From NCBI GenBank assembly GCA_964016885.1, contig OZ024755.1, positions 17,298,001-17,362,000 of the forward strand: a DNA stretch of 64,000 bases, read 5' to 3'. A model generated the notes under the pieces. It worked only from the letters and a program-made list of their open reading frames with translations. It made no database searches and was not told the DNA's origin. The position numbers were made by a program, and so were the translations under genes. This document shows, in pieces, positions 13,979-26,373 of this stretch. The first letter of the stretch is position 1. Every line of letters begins with the position of its first letter. Origin of the DNA: Eledone cirrhosa. Lineage: Eukaryota.

Positions 13979-14010
<32 letters not shown>

Positions 14011-14035
14011 GCAATCATACATGTGTGTGTTTTGT

Positions 14036-14078
<43 letters not shown>

Positions 14079-14245
14079 TGTCTGTATGTTTGTTGGACAA
14101 TATATATATATATATGTGTTTGTGTGTATATATATGCGCGTGTGTGTGTATATATATGTGTGTATGTATATATATATGCGTGTATGTGTATATATATATA
14201 TATATGCGTGTGTGTGTGTGTATGTATATATATATATGTGTGTGT
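13725..14245. repeat. (CA)n/(TA)n/(TG)n compound microsatellite
   Basis: Direct reading. Confidence 0.95.
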
Positions 14246-14406
14246 TACAGGAAAATAAGTATGAGTGGGGGGTGAGGAGAGAAGGAAAAAGACAAGGAGG
14301 AGGAAGTCAATGTTATAGAAACACTATTGTAAAAACAAAAAAAGGTCATTAGTTGTTCTTTGTTTATTAATTTACCTGTCCTCCTGTAAGCAATTCCTCA
14401 CCTGAG

Positions 14407-14487
14407 ATGGGGACTGTACATAGCTGTACAGGTAAGAGAAAACATTCACATTATGGATATGTCAGTGGGCAACCCTCCAGGAGAAAA
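14407..14487 (+). CDS. Candidate alternative first coding exon, MGTVHSCTGKRKHSHYGYVSGQPSRRK
   Basis: gagATGg Kozak context, 27 codons, then a perfect GTAAGT donor at 14488 in phase 0, matching exon 25594. MGxxxS motif, Cys7 and basic clusters. Confidence 0.5.
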
Positions 14488-14501
14488 GTAAGTGTTATAG
14501 T

Positions 14502-14859
14502 ATTGTATAATAATAATTGTTTCTACTTTTGGCACAAGGCCAGCAATTACCCAGTTCATTACTGGTACTTTATTTTATCGACCTTGTATAATAATTGTTT
14601 CTGCTTTTGGCACAAGGCCAGCGATTACCCAGTTCATTACTGGTACTTTATTTTATCGACCTTGTATAATAATTGTTTCTACTTTTGGCACAAGGCCAGC
14701 AATTACCCAGTGCATTACTGGTACTTTATTTTATCGACCCCGTAAGGATGAAAGGCAAAGTTAACCTCGGCGAGATTTGAACTCAGAATGGCAAGGGCCG
14801 TAACTCTATGCGCCAAAGCATGGCGTCCGACCCTCTACCGATACTGCCAATCCACCGCC
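14502..14859 (-). mobile_element. SINE family A with triplicated 3' end (about 78-bp unit)
   Basis: 5' end GGCGGTGGATTGGCAG at 14859; three tandem copies of the 3' segment at 14502-14740. Confidence 0.85.
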
Positions 14860-15055
14860 ATAACAATAACAGTAGCATTTATTTAGACAGAGATTATATT
14901 TGTATTTTTCAGCCTGTATGTATGTATGTATGTATATTTCTGTTTGCTAAGGTGGTGGATTGCCAGAATCGGTAGAGCATCGGACAACGTGCTTCGCGGC
15001 ATAGAGTTACGGCCCTTTATGCAAATCCTGCCAAGGTGGGCTTTGCCTTTCATCA

Positions 15056-15605
15056 TTGGTGAATACCCACAAAGTTTTTAACCATCTCGCCAATTGCAAC
15101 CCTGAGCGCCTCTTCGATCTCCATGTGTCTAACACACGTGGACATGCCTACAAAATCAGAAAACAGCACAGCTCCCATGACTTTCGTAGACATTTTTTCA
15201 CGCTCAGAGTTGCTGAAGCATGGAACAAACTGCCTGCGTCAATTGTTAGCTGCCGAGACACTGCATCCTTTAAGACACTCATGCTTCCCAAAATACACCA
15301 AAACTACACCTGATGTACCCCTTCCATACACATGCACACATGTGTGTATCATGACTCGTGCACTGTTCATTTTACTGATGTTTGTGCATTGCCCTATGTA
15401 CTGTACATGCACTTTTTTGATGAGTTGTGGTGCACCTGGGCACTGTACACAATATTTCATTATTGTTATTATTATTATTATATCATGACTCATACTCTGT
15501 TCATTTTCCTGACATTTGTACATTATTCTATGTACTATACATGCACCTTTGATGAGTTGTAGTGCACCTGAGCACTGTACACAATAATTTCATTATTATT
15601 ATTAT
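15056..15605 (+). mobile_element. 5'-truncated CR1-clade LINE (ORF2 C-terminus plus duplicated 3' UTR)
   Basis: TRGHAYKIRK...RRHFFTLRVAEAWNKLP...SFK motif; 3' UTR present twice, each ending in (ATT)n. Confidence 0.85.
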
Positions 15606-16086
15606 GGTCAATAAAATAAAGCACATGTAATGTGCTGGGGTCGATTTAATCGACTTTTCCCTCCTTCTAAATTGTTGGCCCTGTGCTATAATCACAAACC
15701 ATTGTTGTTGTCTACATTGCTGATACCTGCTACTGGTTGTAAATCCTGGTAGATGGAGAGGGGGATTTGAAATCAGAACATAGAGAACCGGATTAAATAC
15801 CACAGGGTACTACTAACTCTTTAACAATTCTACCAGTCCCCTACATCTGGACTGGTACTTTATTTATTGACCTACAAATAAATGAAAGACAAAATTAGGG
15901 GCTTCCTAGGATTTTAACTCAGTCGTCTTATATCTCTGCCAATTTGCTGCTGGAAAGTTTTTAGTGAATGAAAGAAACCATAAAGGAATTCTTGAATTTT
16001 TGGCCTCTCACCAGCCTTTTTAGCTTCCACTTAGCTATATATATATATATATATATGTATTATATGCATTATAGAGCCACATTACC

Positions 16087-16139
<53 letters not shown>

Positions 16140-16312
16140 ATCTCTTTGCCACCAGGGAAAATGGACGTTAAATGATGATGATGATAAATATATTTACCTG
16201 TATGTATACATACATATATATACCTCTCTCTCTATATATATTTATATACATACATATATATTTATTTATATATATGTATGTATATATATATATTTATTTA
16301 TATATATGTATG

Positions 16313-16343
<31 letters not shown>

Positions 16344-16368
16344 ATATAAATATATATATATATATATG

Positions 16369-16417
<49 letters not shown>

Positions 16418-16419
<2 letters not shown>

Positions 16420-16628
16420 AGGCACATGGCTTAGTGGTTAGAGCATTGGCCTTGCAATCGAAAGGTTGTGAGTTCAATTCTCAGACCAGGTGATGTGTTG
16501 TTTCCTTGAGCAAGATACTTTATTTCACATTGCTCCAGTTTACTCAGCTGTAGAAATCAAGCCAGAATCAATTCCCGTCCCACCCTTGCAAGCAGGGAAA
16601 AGTGGACGTAAAATGAAGAAATGATGAT
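16418..16628 (+). mobile_element. SINE family B, internally deleted, inserted in (TA)n
   Basis: Same head and tail as the 21266 copy; deletion between the two cagctgtagaaat repeats. Confidence 0.85.
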
Positions 16629-17504
16629 ATATATATATATATTCCATGTGTTGACTCCATTTAAACAACTGATGACTTTTGTTTGTATCTTGTCACTCAG
16701 CTGTTTGATGTAGTTCAATGAACAACTACCTTATTTTATAATTGGAACTGGAAGTGTTTGTGTTGTAGCAAAAATAGTTTGAAACTCTAGCATAATACTC
16801 TTAACTGTAACTATGTTTAACACACTTTAGTGTCAGTAGGCACCTCTTAACCAAAAATACACCCCCATCCCACTCCCGCTACTCCCACCCCCATCTACAC
16901 CACCCCTTTCTCTGTAAAGTTATGTTGGTACCACAACATCCGGTCCTAAATAAATGAGGTCGTGTAGGTGTCACGACAAAAAAAAAAACACACACACAGT
17001 CCACGCTGTAATGTGGCCGTGTAGGTAACACGGTAAAAAGTTCTCGGTCGACACTGTAAACGTGGTTGGTGTTGGGAAGGGCACCCAGCCATAGAAAATC
17101 CGCCAGACGTGTAGGTGTCACGACAAAAAAAACACACAGTCCACGCTGTAATGTGGCCGCGTAGTAACACGGTAAAAAGTTCTCAGTCCACACTGTAAAT
17201 GTGGTTGGTGTTAGGAAGGGCATCCAGCCGTAGAAAACCTGCCAGACAGTCCTTTACGAGCGAGACGACCATTCTTGTCTCAAGTGGGACAATTCCCGTC
17301 TAAACCCATGCTAGCGTGGAAGATAGACATTAAACGATGATGATGATACTTTCAATTTATGTCCAATAATATTTCACACTCATATCACTCTATGAAATAC
17401 TAATCTACAGATATATCACTGATTATCACTTCTAAGTACTGGTAACATTCCAAAGAAATCTAACAAGACATACTAAAGGTCATCTCATGTTTGTCTCTTT
17501 GTCG

Positions 17505-17861
17505 TTCACTGTCTAGTTTTTTTCTCTCTCTCTCCTTTTCATTCCTTTTTCTCGTTCTCTCTCTCCTTTTTCTTTCCCTCTCTCGGTCTCATTCTCTATC
17601 TCTCTCGTTCTCTCTCTCTCATTCTCTATCTCTCTCATTCTATCTCTCTCATTCTCTATCTCCTCTCTCCCTCATTCTCTCTCTCTCTCGTTCTCTCTCT
17701 CTCATTCTCTCTCTCTCATTCTCTATCTCCTCTCTCCCTCGTTCTCTCTCTCTCTCATTCTCTCTCTCTCTCTCGTTCTCTCTCCTCTATCTCTCTCTCT
17801 CCTCTATCTCTCTCTCTCCTCTATCTCTCTCTCTCCTCTATCTCTCTTCTTCTCTCTGTCT

Positions 17862-17903
<42 letters not shown>

Positions 17904-18035
17904 CCTCTCACTGTCACCCTGCTTCCCCCTTCTTTCTTTGACATCCCCCTCTCCCTCTCTCTGTGATATCCCCCTCTCCCTCTCTCTGTGACATCCGCCT
18001 TTCCCCCACTTTGAGATCTCTGCCCCCCCCTCTCT
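17505..18035. repeat. (CT)n-rich polypyrimidine tract
   Basis: Direct reading. Confidence 0.95.
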
Positions 18036-18049
18036 GCCATCCTCTTCAC

Positions 18050-18057
18050 TATATAAA
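18050..18057 (+). promoter_or_regulatory. Candidate TATA box of an internal promoter
   Basis: TATATAAA in unique sequence after a (CT)n tract, followed by a CRE-like TCACGTCA, an Inr-like TCAATAC about 25 nt downstream, an ATG and a donor site. Confidence 0.3.
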
Positions 18058-18086
18058 TGTCACGTCAATAATTCAATACTGTCTGA

Positions 18087-18128
18087 ATGTGTTGCTTGTT
18101 TAGTGTGTTTACATCGTATCTCTACAAA
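18087..18128 (+). CDS. Candidate alternative first coding exon, MCCLFSVFTSYLYK
   Basis: ATG 37 nt after the TATA box, 14 codons, AAA|GTAAGA donor in phase 0 compatible with exon 25594. Confidence 0.3.
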
Positions 18129-18551
18129 GTAAGAAGAATTATGAAGAGTTTCTATTTTACTATGATAAAACATGTCATAACAAATCTTTATTGATGTGGT
18201 CTAGGGGTCACCTTTGGGCCTTAACCCTCTTCATACCAAACTGCCCCTAGTTCCATTTTACTATGATTAAACATGTCATAAATCTTCATTGGTGTGGTCT
18301 ATGAGTTAGCAGTGTGCCTTAACCCTCTTAATAACAAACTGCCCCTTGTTCTATTTTACTATAAAACATGTCCTAACAAATCTCCATTCATGTCGACTAG
18401 GGGTCACCTATATGCCTTAACCTTCTTAATACCAAACTGCTGCTCATTCTATTTTACTAAACTGTTTATTTTAGAGTGTTTATATTTATCTAAGATCTTT
18501 CAATCCTTTTTTGTTAGAATCTTTATTAAGTTATGCTCCAAACACCAGCTT

Positions 18552-18716
18552 CAGTCCTGAACTTACCTATAAGTTAAATAAACTATAGCTTAGGGCCACA
18601 CACCCTCGGGTGCCTCATTTTAAAAAATATGCTTTTATTTTAACACTAAATCATCAAAAATTAGGGCCTCAAATTTCATATAGCTTAAGACCTCATCAGA
18701 TGAAAGTCCAGCTCTG
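18552..18716. mobile_element. hAT-like MITE
   Basis: CAG...CTG imperfect TIRs; 8-bp TSD accagctt/atcagctt; related element at 54659-55817. Confidence 0.65.
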
Positions 18717-18957
18717 ATCAGCTTAAAATTTCTAGTTCTATGATACAAAACTGTTAATATTAAAGTGTTCATATTTATCTAAAATATTTCCATTTGAACT
18801 TTGTTAGAATTTCTTTAAGTTATTCTTCAAACACCAACTTAAAACCTTTGATGCCAAACTGCCTGAAACTGAACATAGTTTTATTATACAAAGCTGTTTT
18901 TTATATTTATCTTAAATCTTTCCATTGCAATTTTATTATTTTTAAAATGATATAACA

Positions 18958-19070
18958 ATAATAATAATGAAATTATTGTGTACGGTGCTCAGGTACACTA
19001 CAACTCATCAAAGGTGCATGTATAGTACATAAAATATTGTACAAATGTCAGGAAAGTGAACAGTGTATGA
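18958..19070 (-). mobile_element. CR1-like LINE 3' UTR fragment
   Basis: Reverse complement of 15490-15605. Confidence 0.75.
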
Positions 19071-20985
19071 AATGCACCAGTAGACTCTGATAGGTGGTTG
19101 CTGTTAGGAAGGGCATCCAGCCATAGAAACCATTCTAAATATAGAATGCATTATCAAGTTGAGATCTATCTGACCTGTCTATCGTTGAAAAACCCATCCA
19201 TCCCATTCCAGTATGAAAAGTAGAAGTTAAATGATAATGCATTGACCAAATTACATTGACCTCACCAGTGTGGGATGACCTAAAAAGGTCACAATGTCAA
19301 CACTATATAATGAATTTAAATAATTAAAATATTTTAGATTAACCCTTGCATTGTGATATTTCTAATGAAATAAACTGCACATGATTTTCAAATAATTGTG
19401 AAAATAATCAAAGAACCTTGTTGTGTGAAATGGCTAATGCAGTGGGTATCACTGGCTGTTCTCTGCAGCAGTGCTTTCTCCATCTTGACCACAGGGCACA
19501 ACTCAGATGTACCCACACAGCCAAGGGTGTAGAGTTTACCACACCCTTTTAAAAGAATATTTTCTCTTTTGCTTGCTGTTCGTAAATATTTATAACTGAA
19601 TATCAAAAATTTGGAAAGATATTTGTAAAATCACTAACTTTCTCATTATTAAGCTGTTCTTTGGAATATAACTTAATGAAGGTTTTTATATAAAATTACA
19701 ACAAAAGGTTTTTGAGTGAGGGATAGTTGATTAAATTGACCCCAGTGTATTACTGGTGCTTTATTTAATCGACCCTGTAAGGATGGAAGGCAAAGTTAAC
19801 CTTGGTGGGATTTGAACTCATATCATAAAGGGTTATAACTCTATGCTGCAAGGCATGTCGTCCGACCTTCTACCAATATTGCCAATCCAATAATAATGAT
19901 TTCTAGTATAGGCACAAGGCCAGTAAACTGGGGGAGGGAAAGTCGATTAAATCAACCCCAGTACATTACTGGTACTTTAGTTTATCGACCCCATAAGGAT
20001 GAAAGGCAAAGTTAACCTCGGCGGGATTTGAAATAATAATAAGAAGAAAACAGCAATAGCAATATAATTTCACAGCTGCCAGATTTATGTTAATTTCCTC
20101 CATTTTTACAGATATTTGGTGGGGGGGAGAATTGGATCGGAAAGAGAAACAATGAATAAAATAAATTGAATTCCTGAATATAATTTCCATTTTCACCCTT
20201 TGGGAATTAGTTTCCATTATGTAAAAAAAATCAACAAAATAATCAACAACAAAAAAAACCACATCAACTAGAGAAATGTGTGTATAAACTTTAGTGAAAG
20301 TCTCCAACAATGTATGCATATAGATGCTGTAGTCTTACATCTAAAGTCGTAGCTTTAGTGTGAAGATAGAATATTCCTATCTTTATTTGGAGTTGTTTCT
20401 TAGTATTGGTAAATTATTATTTTACTGACCTAATATAAAATAACCATAGATTTTTTTTCTTTTTGGCATTACTTAGTAATGGCTTTCAAAATAATATTTT
20501 GTTTTATTTTGTATTTTTTTCTTGGTGTTGTTGTTGTTGGTGGTGGGTTGGTTAATTGTAAAAATTAAAAACGATTTTTGTAAGTGAATATGAATGTGAG
20601 TTTTATAGCTGCTGCTCTTGTTGTTGTTAGTATTTTATATTGGACAGGGACACTTAATTTTAATTTTATATATTTTAGTTCACTTAATTGTGGGGAATTA
20701 ATTATTTTTAATATTACTTACGATGCACTCGTGTCCTATCTTGAGGGACTTTTGTCATTTATCTACTTAACACTATTTGAAATCAAGAAACTACTTTATC
20801 AGTTCCTAGGGTTTTATACTGACAATGTAAAATTACAATGGAAGGTTTTTGAGGGAGGGAAAGTCAATTAAATCAACCCCAGTGCATTACTGGTACGTTA
20901 TTTCATCAACCCTGTAAGGATGAAAGGCAACCTCGGCAGGATTTGAACTTGGAACGTGTAAGACCTTAACTCTATGCTGCAAAGT

Positions 20986-21210
20986 TGCCGCCTGGCTGGC
21001 CATATTCTGCGCCTGCCCAACAAACAACACTCGAAAACAGTGATGAACTGGACTCCACCAGGCAGCAAACAGAAGCGGGGTTGCCCCAGGATCACCTGGC
21101 AGCAAACATTCCAAAAAAACCTGATGGCAGCCAACATGGATGCAAAAAAGCTGCCACTGATTGTGACCATTGGTGACTACTTATTTAAGACTAAGACGTC
21201 GACAATAACA
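20986..21210 (+). mobile_element. RTE-clade LINE C-terminal fragment
   Basis: RLAGHILRLP...WTPPGSKQKRGCPRITW motif. Confidence 0.75.
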
Positions 21211-21265
21211 ACACATGAATTTTAAAAGAAAAGCCCAAACCTCACAGTTTGAATATATCTGTATA

Positions 21266-21598
21266 GCTTAGTGGTTAGAGCATTGGCCTTGCAATCGAAA
21301 GGTTGTGAGTTAAATTCTCAGACCGGGTGATGTGTTGTTTCCTTGAGCAAGACACTTTATTTCACATTGCTCCAGTTTACTCAGCTATAGAAATGAGATG
21401 ATAGGGACTGGGGTCCCTATCATTCCACTACAAAGTGGTCGTGGAGGTGCCACGGTAAAAAAGCACCCAGCACTCATTGTAAATGAGGTTGGTGTTAGGA
21501 AGGGCATCCAGCTGTAGAAATCAAGCCAGAATCAGTTCCCGTCCCACCCTTGCAAGCAGGGAAAAAGCGGACGTAAAATGAAATGAAATGAAATGATG
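21266..21598 (+). mobile_element. SINE family B, near full length
   Basis: A/B boxes, body, and a tail matching the RTE LINE 3' end at about 36325-36375. Confidence 0.85.
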
Positions 21599-22140
21599 AA
21601 GCCCCTTATTCTTGCAAAGCATTAATTTTAATCAGTTGAAGATATGGATATTGCCAATCAGGAATAATGAAAAATAAATATGATGCAATCTGCTGATACA
21701 TTTTTGAAAATAACATTTTTGTTTCAAATCAATTTTGATATGAATTATTTAGGCATGAGTTTCAGAAAATGAGCTCCAAACTAAGAAGAGAAAACAGACG
21801 CGGGCCTACATATTAAAACATATATGAGGAGCTTCCAATTCCAGAGTCAGGTTTGATCATTAATAGATCATTCCTCAAGCTGAATGACAGTGAAACATAT
21901 GTAATATGTAATTAAATATGTTATGATGCAACACTGATTCTTTTTTCCTTTATATATTAATACTATATATATATATATATGTCCCAAGGCTCTGATACTA
22001 TCAACACTATAAACACAGAGCTGGCATATCAAAGAACTGACTAACTGCTTGATGAGGTCATAGCCATTTAATGGCTATCATAGAAGTATATATAGCAGTA
22101 AATAAAGGATTATGAGTTCATGCAATTGACTTATGTTTCG

Positions 22141-22178
<38 letters not shown>

Positions 22179-22599
22179 GAGTATAACCGAAGTTGCAACT
22201 GCACTATAGCAGATGTCAATCGAATTATAAAGGCAGCCATGAAGCACTCAATGAGTGAAGAATTTATATATTTCCTCCCAGAGTGAATACAAAATGTTAA
22301 AGGATTGTGATATACATAAGGATTGTGTTTTATTATTATTTCTGGCAACATTATAACAATATGACCCTCCCCAAATATAACGATATATATATAAATAAAA
22401 TATCATCCATTTTCCACACGACCATGAGTTTTATATATATATATATATATATATGTATAGCACTTTAAAAAATATCTTCACGCACAGGCATTGCACGATA
22501 AAATTAATTAATAATTATTAATAATGGTATATCGTGCAATGGCCATACTCGATAACGAGGGGGCAGCAATCATGTATGTATGTGTGATGTGGGTGTGTA

Positions 22600-22835
22600 T
22601 GTGTGTGTGTTGTGTGTGTGATGGCTGCAAACTCATGCTAAGATTATTGTCAGATTCGCATGTGTGACTCTTGGATATGGCTTTTCAAGCCTGCTAGAGA
22701 CTTGCACTCTTTTGTACATTGATGACAACTATGGATCTCCCTGGCCTCAGGTCTTGCATCAGGTTTCCTGTGAACCTTCACATGCCACTTCACTCCTGCC
22801 GATTGACATTCTTTGCCACATTCATTTCATTTTTC
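22600..22835 (-). mobile_element. Decayed LINE (probably RTE-like) 3' end encoding two C2H2 zinc fingers
   Basis: 22826-22650 translates to [TGA]NECGKECQSAGVKWHVKVH...CHQCTKECKSLAGLKSHIQESHMRI*, followed by a short UTR and a (CA)n tail. Confidence 0.6.
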
Positions 22836-23101
22836 AATCCTATGAATGTATATATATATATATATATATATTTACATATATATATGTACAAAGTACTAAT
22901 ATGAGAATAAATTCTTTTTCCGACTAAAAAAAGAAGCTTTTAGACAATTGTGAGATTAAGAAAAATATGAAAGTTAAGAATTTATGAAGAATTACAAACC
23001 ATTGCACAAGAAAAATCTGAGTCAGTTTGTTGAAAGAAATTGTTTACTTAAACTTTTAATCTGTATTAATAATAAATATGTGCTCTGCAGGTTTATATAT
23101 A

Positions 23102-23147
<46 letters not shown>

Positions 23148-23198
23148 CAACCCTTATTGAATCCTCTCTGGATTTTGGTTTTTGCATTTATCATTTCT

Positions 23199-23247
<49 letters not shown>

Positions 23248-23281
23248 TTCATTCATTTGATTGGTACTATATTTCTCTTAA

Positions 23282-23475
23282 CCCTTTAGCCATATTCGGC
23301 CAGAATTCTCTCACCTTTTCTGTTGGAAACAGCTGTAACTTATCACTCATACTGACATTAAGGTATTCTTCTCAAAATAATTAACATCAAAATCTCATGG
23401 CTTTTATATTAAGTGAGATAATTATGTAAGATAAAGCCTTTACTGTAAATATAGAATAATATAAATGGTAAAGGG
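23282..23475. mobile_element. piggyBac-like MITE (family P1)
   Basis: TTAA|CCCTTTA...TAAAGGG|TTAA; copies at 43554, 46233, 57081. Confidence 0.8.
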
Positions 23476-25593
23476 TTAATCGAAACATCATTGAACTAGA
23501 TGGTTTTAACTGAGTAATGACTTTGGTTATTCCTTCTGAATTGTGTATATATATATACATATAAGCAAATACATGTGACGCATGATAAAACTGCAAATGA
23601 AATATGTGCTCTAAAATCAATATTTGATGATAAAAGAATTTTTTTTTTAAGCATTTTACACAATACAACATATATAAAACTTTAGACATTATGTTGCTCA
23701 AACAATACCAAATATCATAGAATATCATAATTATCAAAACTTTCTAAGATGCAGCTATAAAGCTTCATCTTGATAATGTATTTGAATAAAATGAATGCTA
23801 AATATTCTTTCCTTGTACGATTTTCAATGTTTATTGGTGCAACGAGTTGTTGATTTCTACAAATTAATGATGGGGAAACTATTTTAGTCCGAGAATTCTT
23901 TGTGGTGAGAATTTGTATTGAATCAGTATTATTTCTGTGATAACATTAAAGCTCAAGTCTTTAAATGGTATCTGCCATTATCTATAATTAAAGCTACATT
24001 TCATTCTTTTGTCTGCAATAATTGATGATAATTATACAGCATTTAAATTAAGCTTGACGAGTATTATTGCTTTGTAATTCAAATAATGAAATTATTCAAC
24101 CATTTAGTTTGGTTTCAAGGTAGCATTGTCATAGAAACAGAACCATTTCACTGGTGTTTCTTTTCTGTTTACGTATAATTAACTATTCAAGAAATGGTAT
24201 CTAGGGTGTGATAATGGAATTAGCATTTTATCGGAAACAAAGCATAGAAACCAACTACAGTATTACTTCAAATCTTGATCATACCGTATTACATTCCATA
24301 GACAATGGTGACATTAATATTGCTTGATTAATACATGTGGGATTTCTGAAAAGTAAGAATAGACAAGGTTCGATCCAAGTATTGTACTCAACTTCAAATC
24401 ATTGTCATCATTATCATCATTGGTTTACGTCCATTTTTCCATGCTTTGATGGGTTAGATGAGTTGTTCTGTGTTGAGACGAGTGAAATCAGATCAACTGA
24501 TATATATCCTTGTGGTTGTGTTCATTAAGCAGTTAATGAGTCTGTTTAGGAGCATGTCATACCATTGGAATCGAATTCCACCTTCCAACTTATTTATATA
24601 TTTACTTTATTAAATTCATGGTCCTACTACTGTTATCAACTGATTGTGATTGTAAAACAAACTCCTTAACCACACAACCACATTATTTTAGTCGTCGTTT
24701 GCGCTGATGCTGATTGTGTTGGTGTTTCTGTTGTTGTTAAATCTACCATGAAACATTTTTCCCATGGTAGCATTGGATTAGACAAGTTGTCTCATTTGTG
24801 ACAAGTCAGATCAGATGATTGTGTCTTGCTCATACGGAACTGTTTCTGGCCTGGTTTCTATGACTGGATGCCCTTCCTAATACCAATCACATTTACAGCA
24901 TGGACTGGGAGCTTTTTATCGTGTCACCAACAAGACCACTCTACAGTGTGGACTCGGTGTTTTTTGTCATGTCACCAACACGACAACTTTACAGAGTAGA
25001 CCGAGTCCTTTTTGTCATGTCAGCAACACAATCACCTTAGAGTGGAGGTGACAGGGTGCTCTTTGTCATTTCAGAGAGAAACTGTTTGGAATCTTTTCAT
25101 TTCAACTGTACTAGTAAATTTATGGCCAGCCATATTAAAACACTGTCATACTGAATCTCCCTGAGATGAGAATTATGTTAAGGGTACACGAATCTGTGGA
25201 ATACTCAGCTACATATTAATTGAATCAGTTGGTCATCCTGTTGATTACACAATTGGAAGTCATCATTGAAACCGAGAGAAGTCTAATTAATTTATTTAAC
25301 CTTTTAGTTACCAACCTGACCAAAGCCAGCTCTGGTTCTATGAAATAAAGTTGCCCATTTTAAAGGCCTCTAATCTAAATTAAAATCTTCCGATATAATT
25401 TTATATAAGAACTATATGTTAAGTTACTGTTGTAGTAAAGAAATAATAAAATAATTTTAATAAATCCCCCAAAATTCTTCATCCATTAAATGAAATTGGA
25501 AATATGTTCATGAAAGGGTTAATATTAATATTGATGTGTATTTACAAATAATTTTATAACAATATTTATCTGTTACTCACCTTTTCTTTGTAG

Positions 25594-25712
25594 AAATTAT
25601 CTCAGAAACTTGAGTCAAGCCGCAACAAGTTGAAACAGGTTAAATCTAAACAGGAAACCATTACTAAAACTCTCAGCAGCCATGATATACAGTTGGTGGA
25701 TGATAAAGTCAG
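25594..25712 (+). CDS. Spectrin-repeat protein exon (KLSQKLESS...VDDKVR), phase 0 to 2
   Basis: cttttctttgtag acceptor, AG|GTGAGT donor, open frame, phase matches next exon. Confidence 0.85.
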
Positions 25713-26205
25713 GTGAGTATCTGTGTTACATTATCTGTGTTACACTGTGTTACACTGTCTGTGTTACACTGCCTGTATTACACTGTGTTACACTATTTGT
25801 GAAGTTGTGAAGTCAATTCCTGGGTCGAGCAATGCATTGTGCCCTTGAGCAAGGCACTTTCTTTCACATTACTCTTTCTACCAGGAGTTGCGACCAATAG
25901 ATAGTATCAGCAACAGAAAGACCATTGGAAACATTGTTTCCTTGGTACGATGTGACGAGCTCCAGCCCACTTGGTAAGTGAATGAGGTCTGAGATCTTGT
26001 TATTCATTCCTGGAACTGGATACATATGTACACACATACTGTGTCTGGAAAGAAAGAAGAGAAGATCTCTGTAAGGATTCCTTTGATCATCACCTATGCT
26101 CACTCAGTATGTGAATGAGCTCTGGGATCTGGTTGATTCAAATCATATTTATCAAAAATATCTACCATTTCCATGTAAGAACCTTTGTTATGTTCCAAAC
26201 ACCTA

Positions 26206-26373
26206 CCATATTTCCCGGCACCGAAGGCGCTTTGTCCTCGAGGACGCACCCTAATTTTGACGACCAAAAATTTGAAAAGAAATAATAGACAATCTTTGGC
26301 CTCCAGGACGTATGGTAGATTTTTGAGACTTATTTTATGAAAAAAGTAGCGTCTTTGACGCCTGGAAATATGG
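26206..26373. mobile_element. pogo/Tigger-like MITE
   Basis: TA|CCATATTTCC...GGAAATATGG|TA TIRs with TA TSD, nested in a P2-family MITE. Confidence 0.75.

Noticed and set aside
16418-16490. tRNA genes at SINE heads (also 3232, 21266, 30401, 34250, 11900)
   Set aside because: A/B boxes present but acceptor stems are incomplete and the heads continue into repeat bodies, so they are tRNA-derived repeats.
17491-17991. Ser/Leu-rich 166-aa ORF (also 40542-40811 and 51002-51287)
   Set aside because: Translation of (CT)n and (CCT)n tracts.
20479-20586. Hydrophobic ATG-initiated ORF before a GTAAGT as a transmembrane first exon
   Set aside because: In-frame TAA precedes the donor; hydrophobicity comes from T-rich/(GTT)n low complexity; a 1-nt correction gives the wrong phase.
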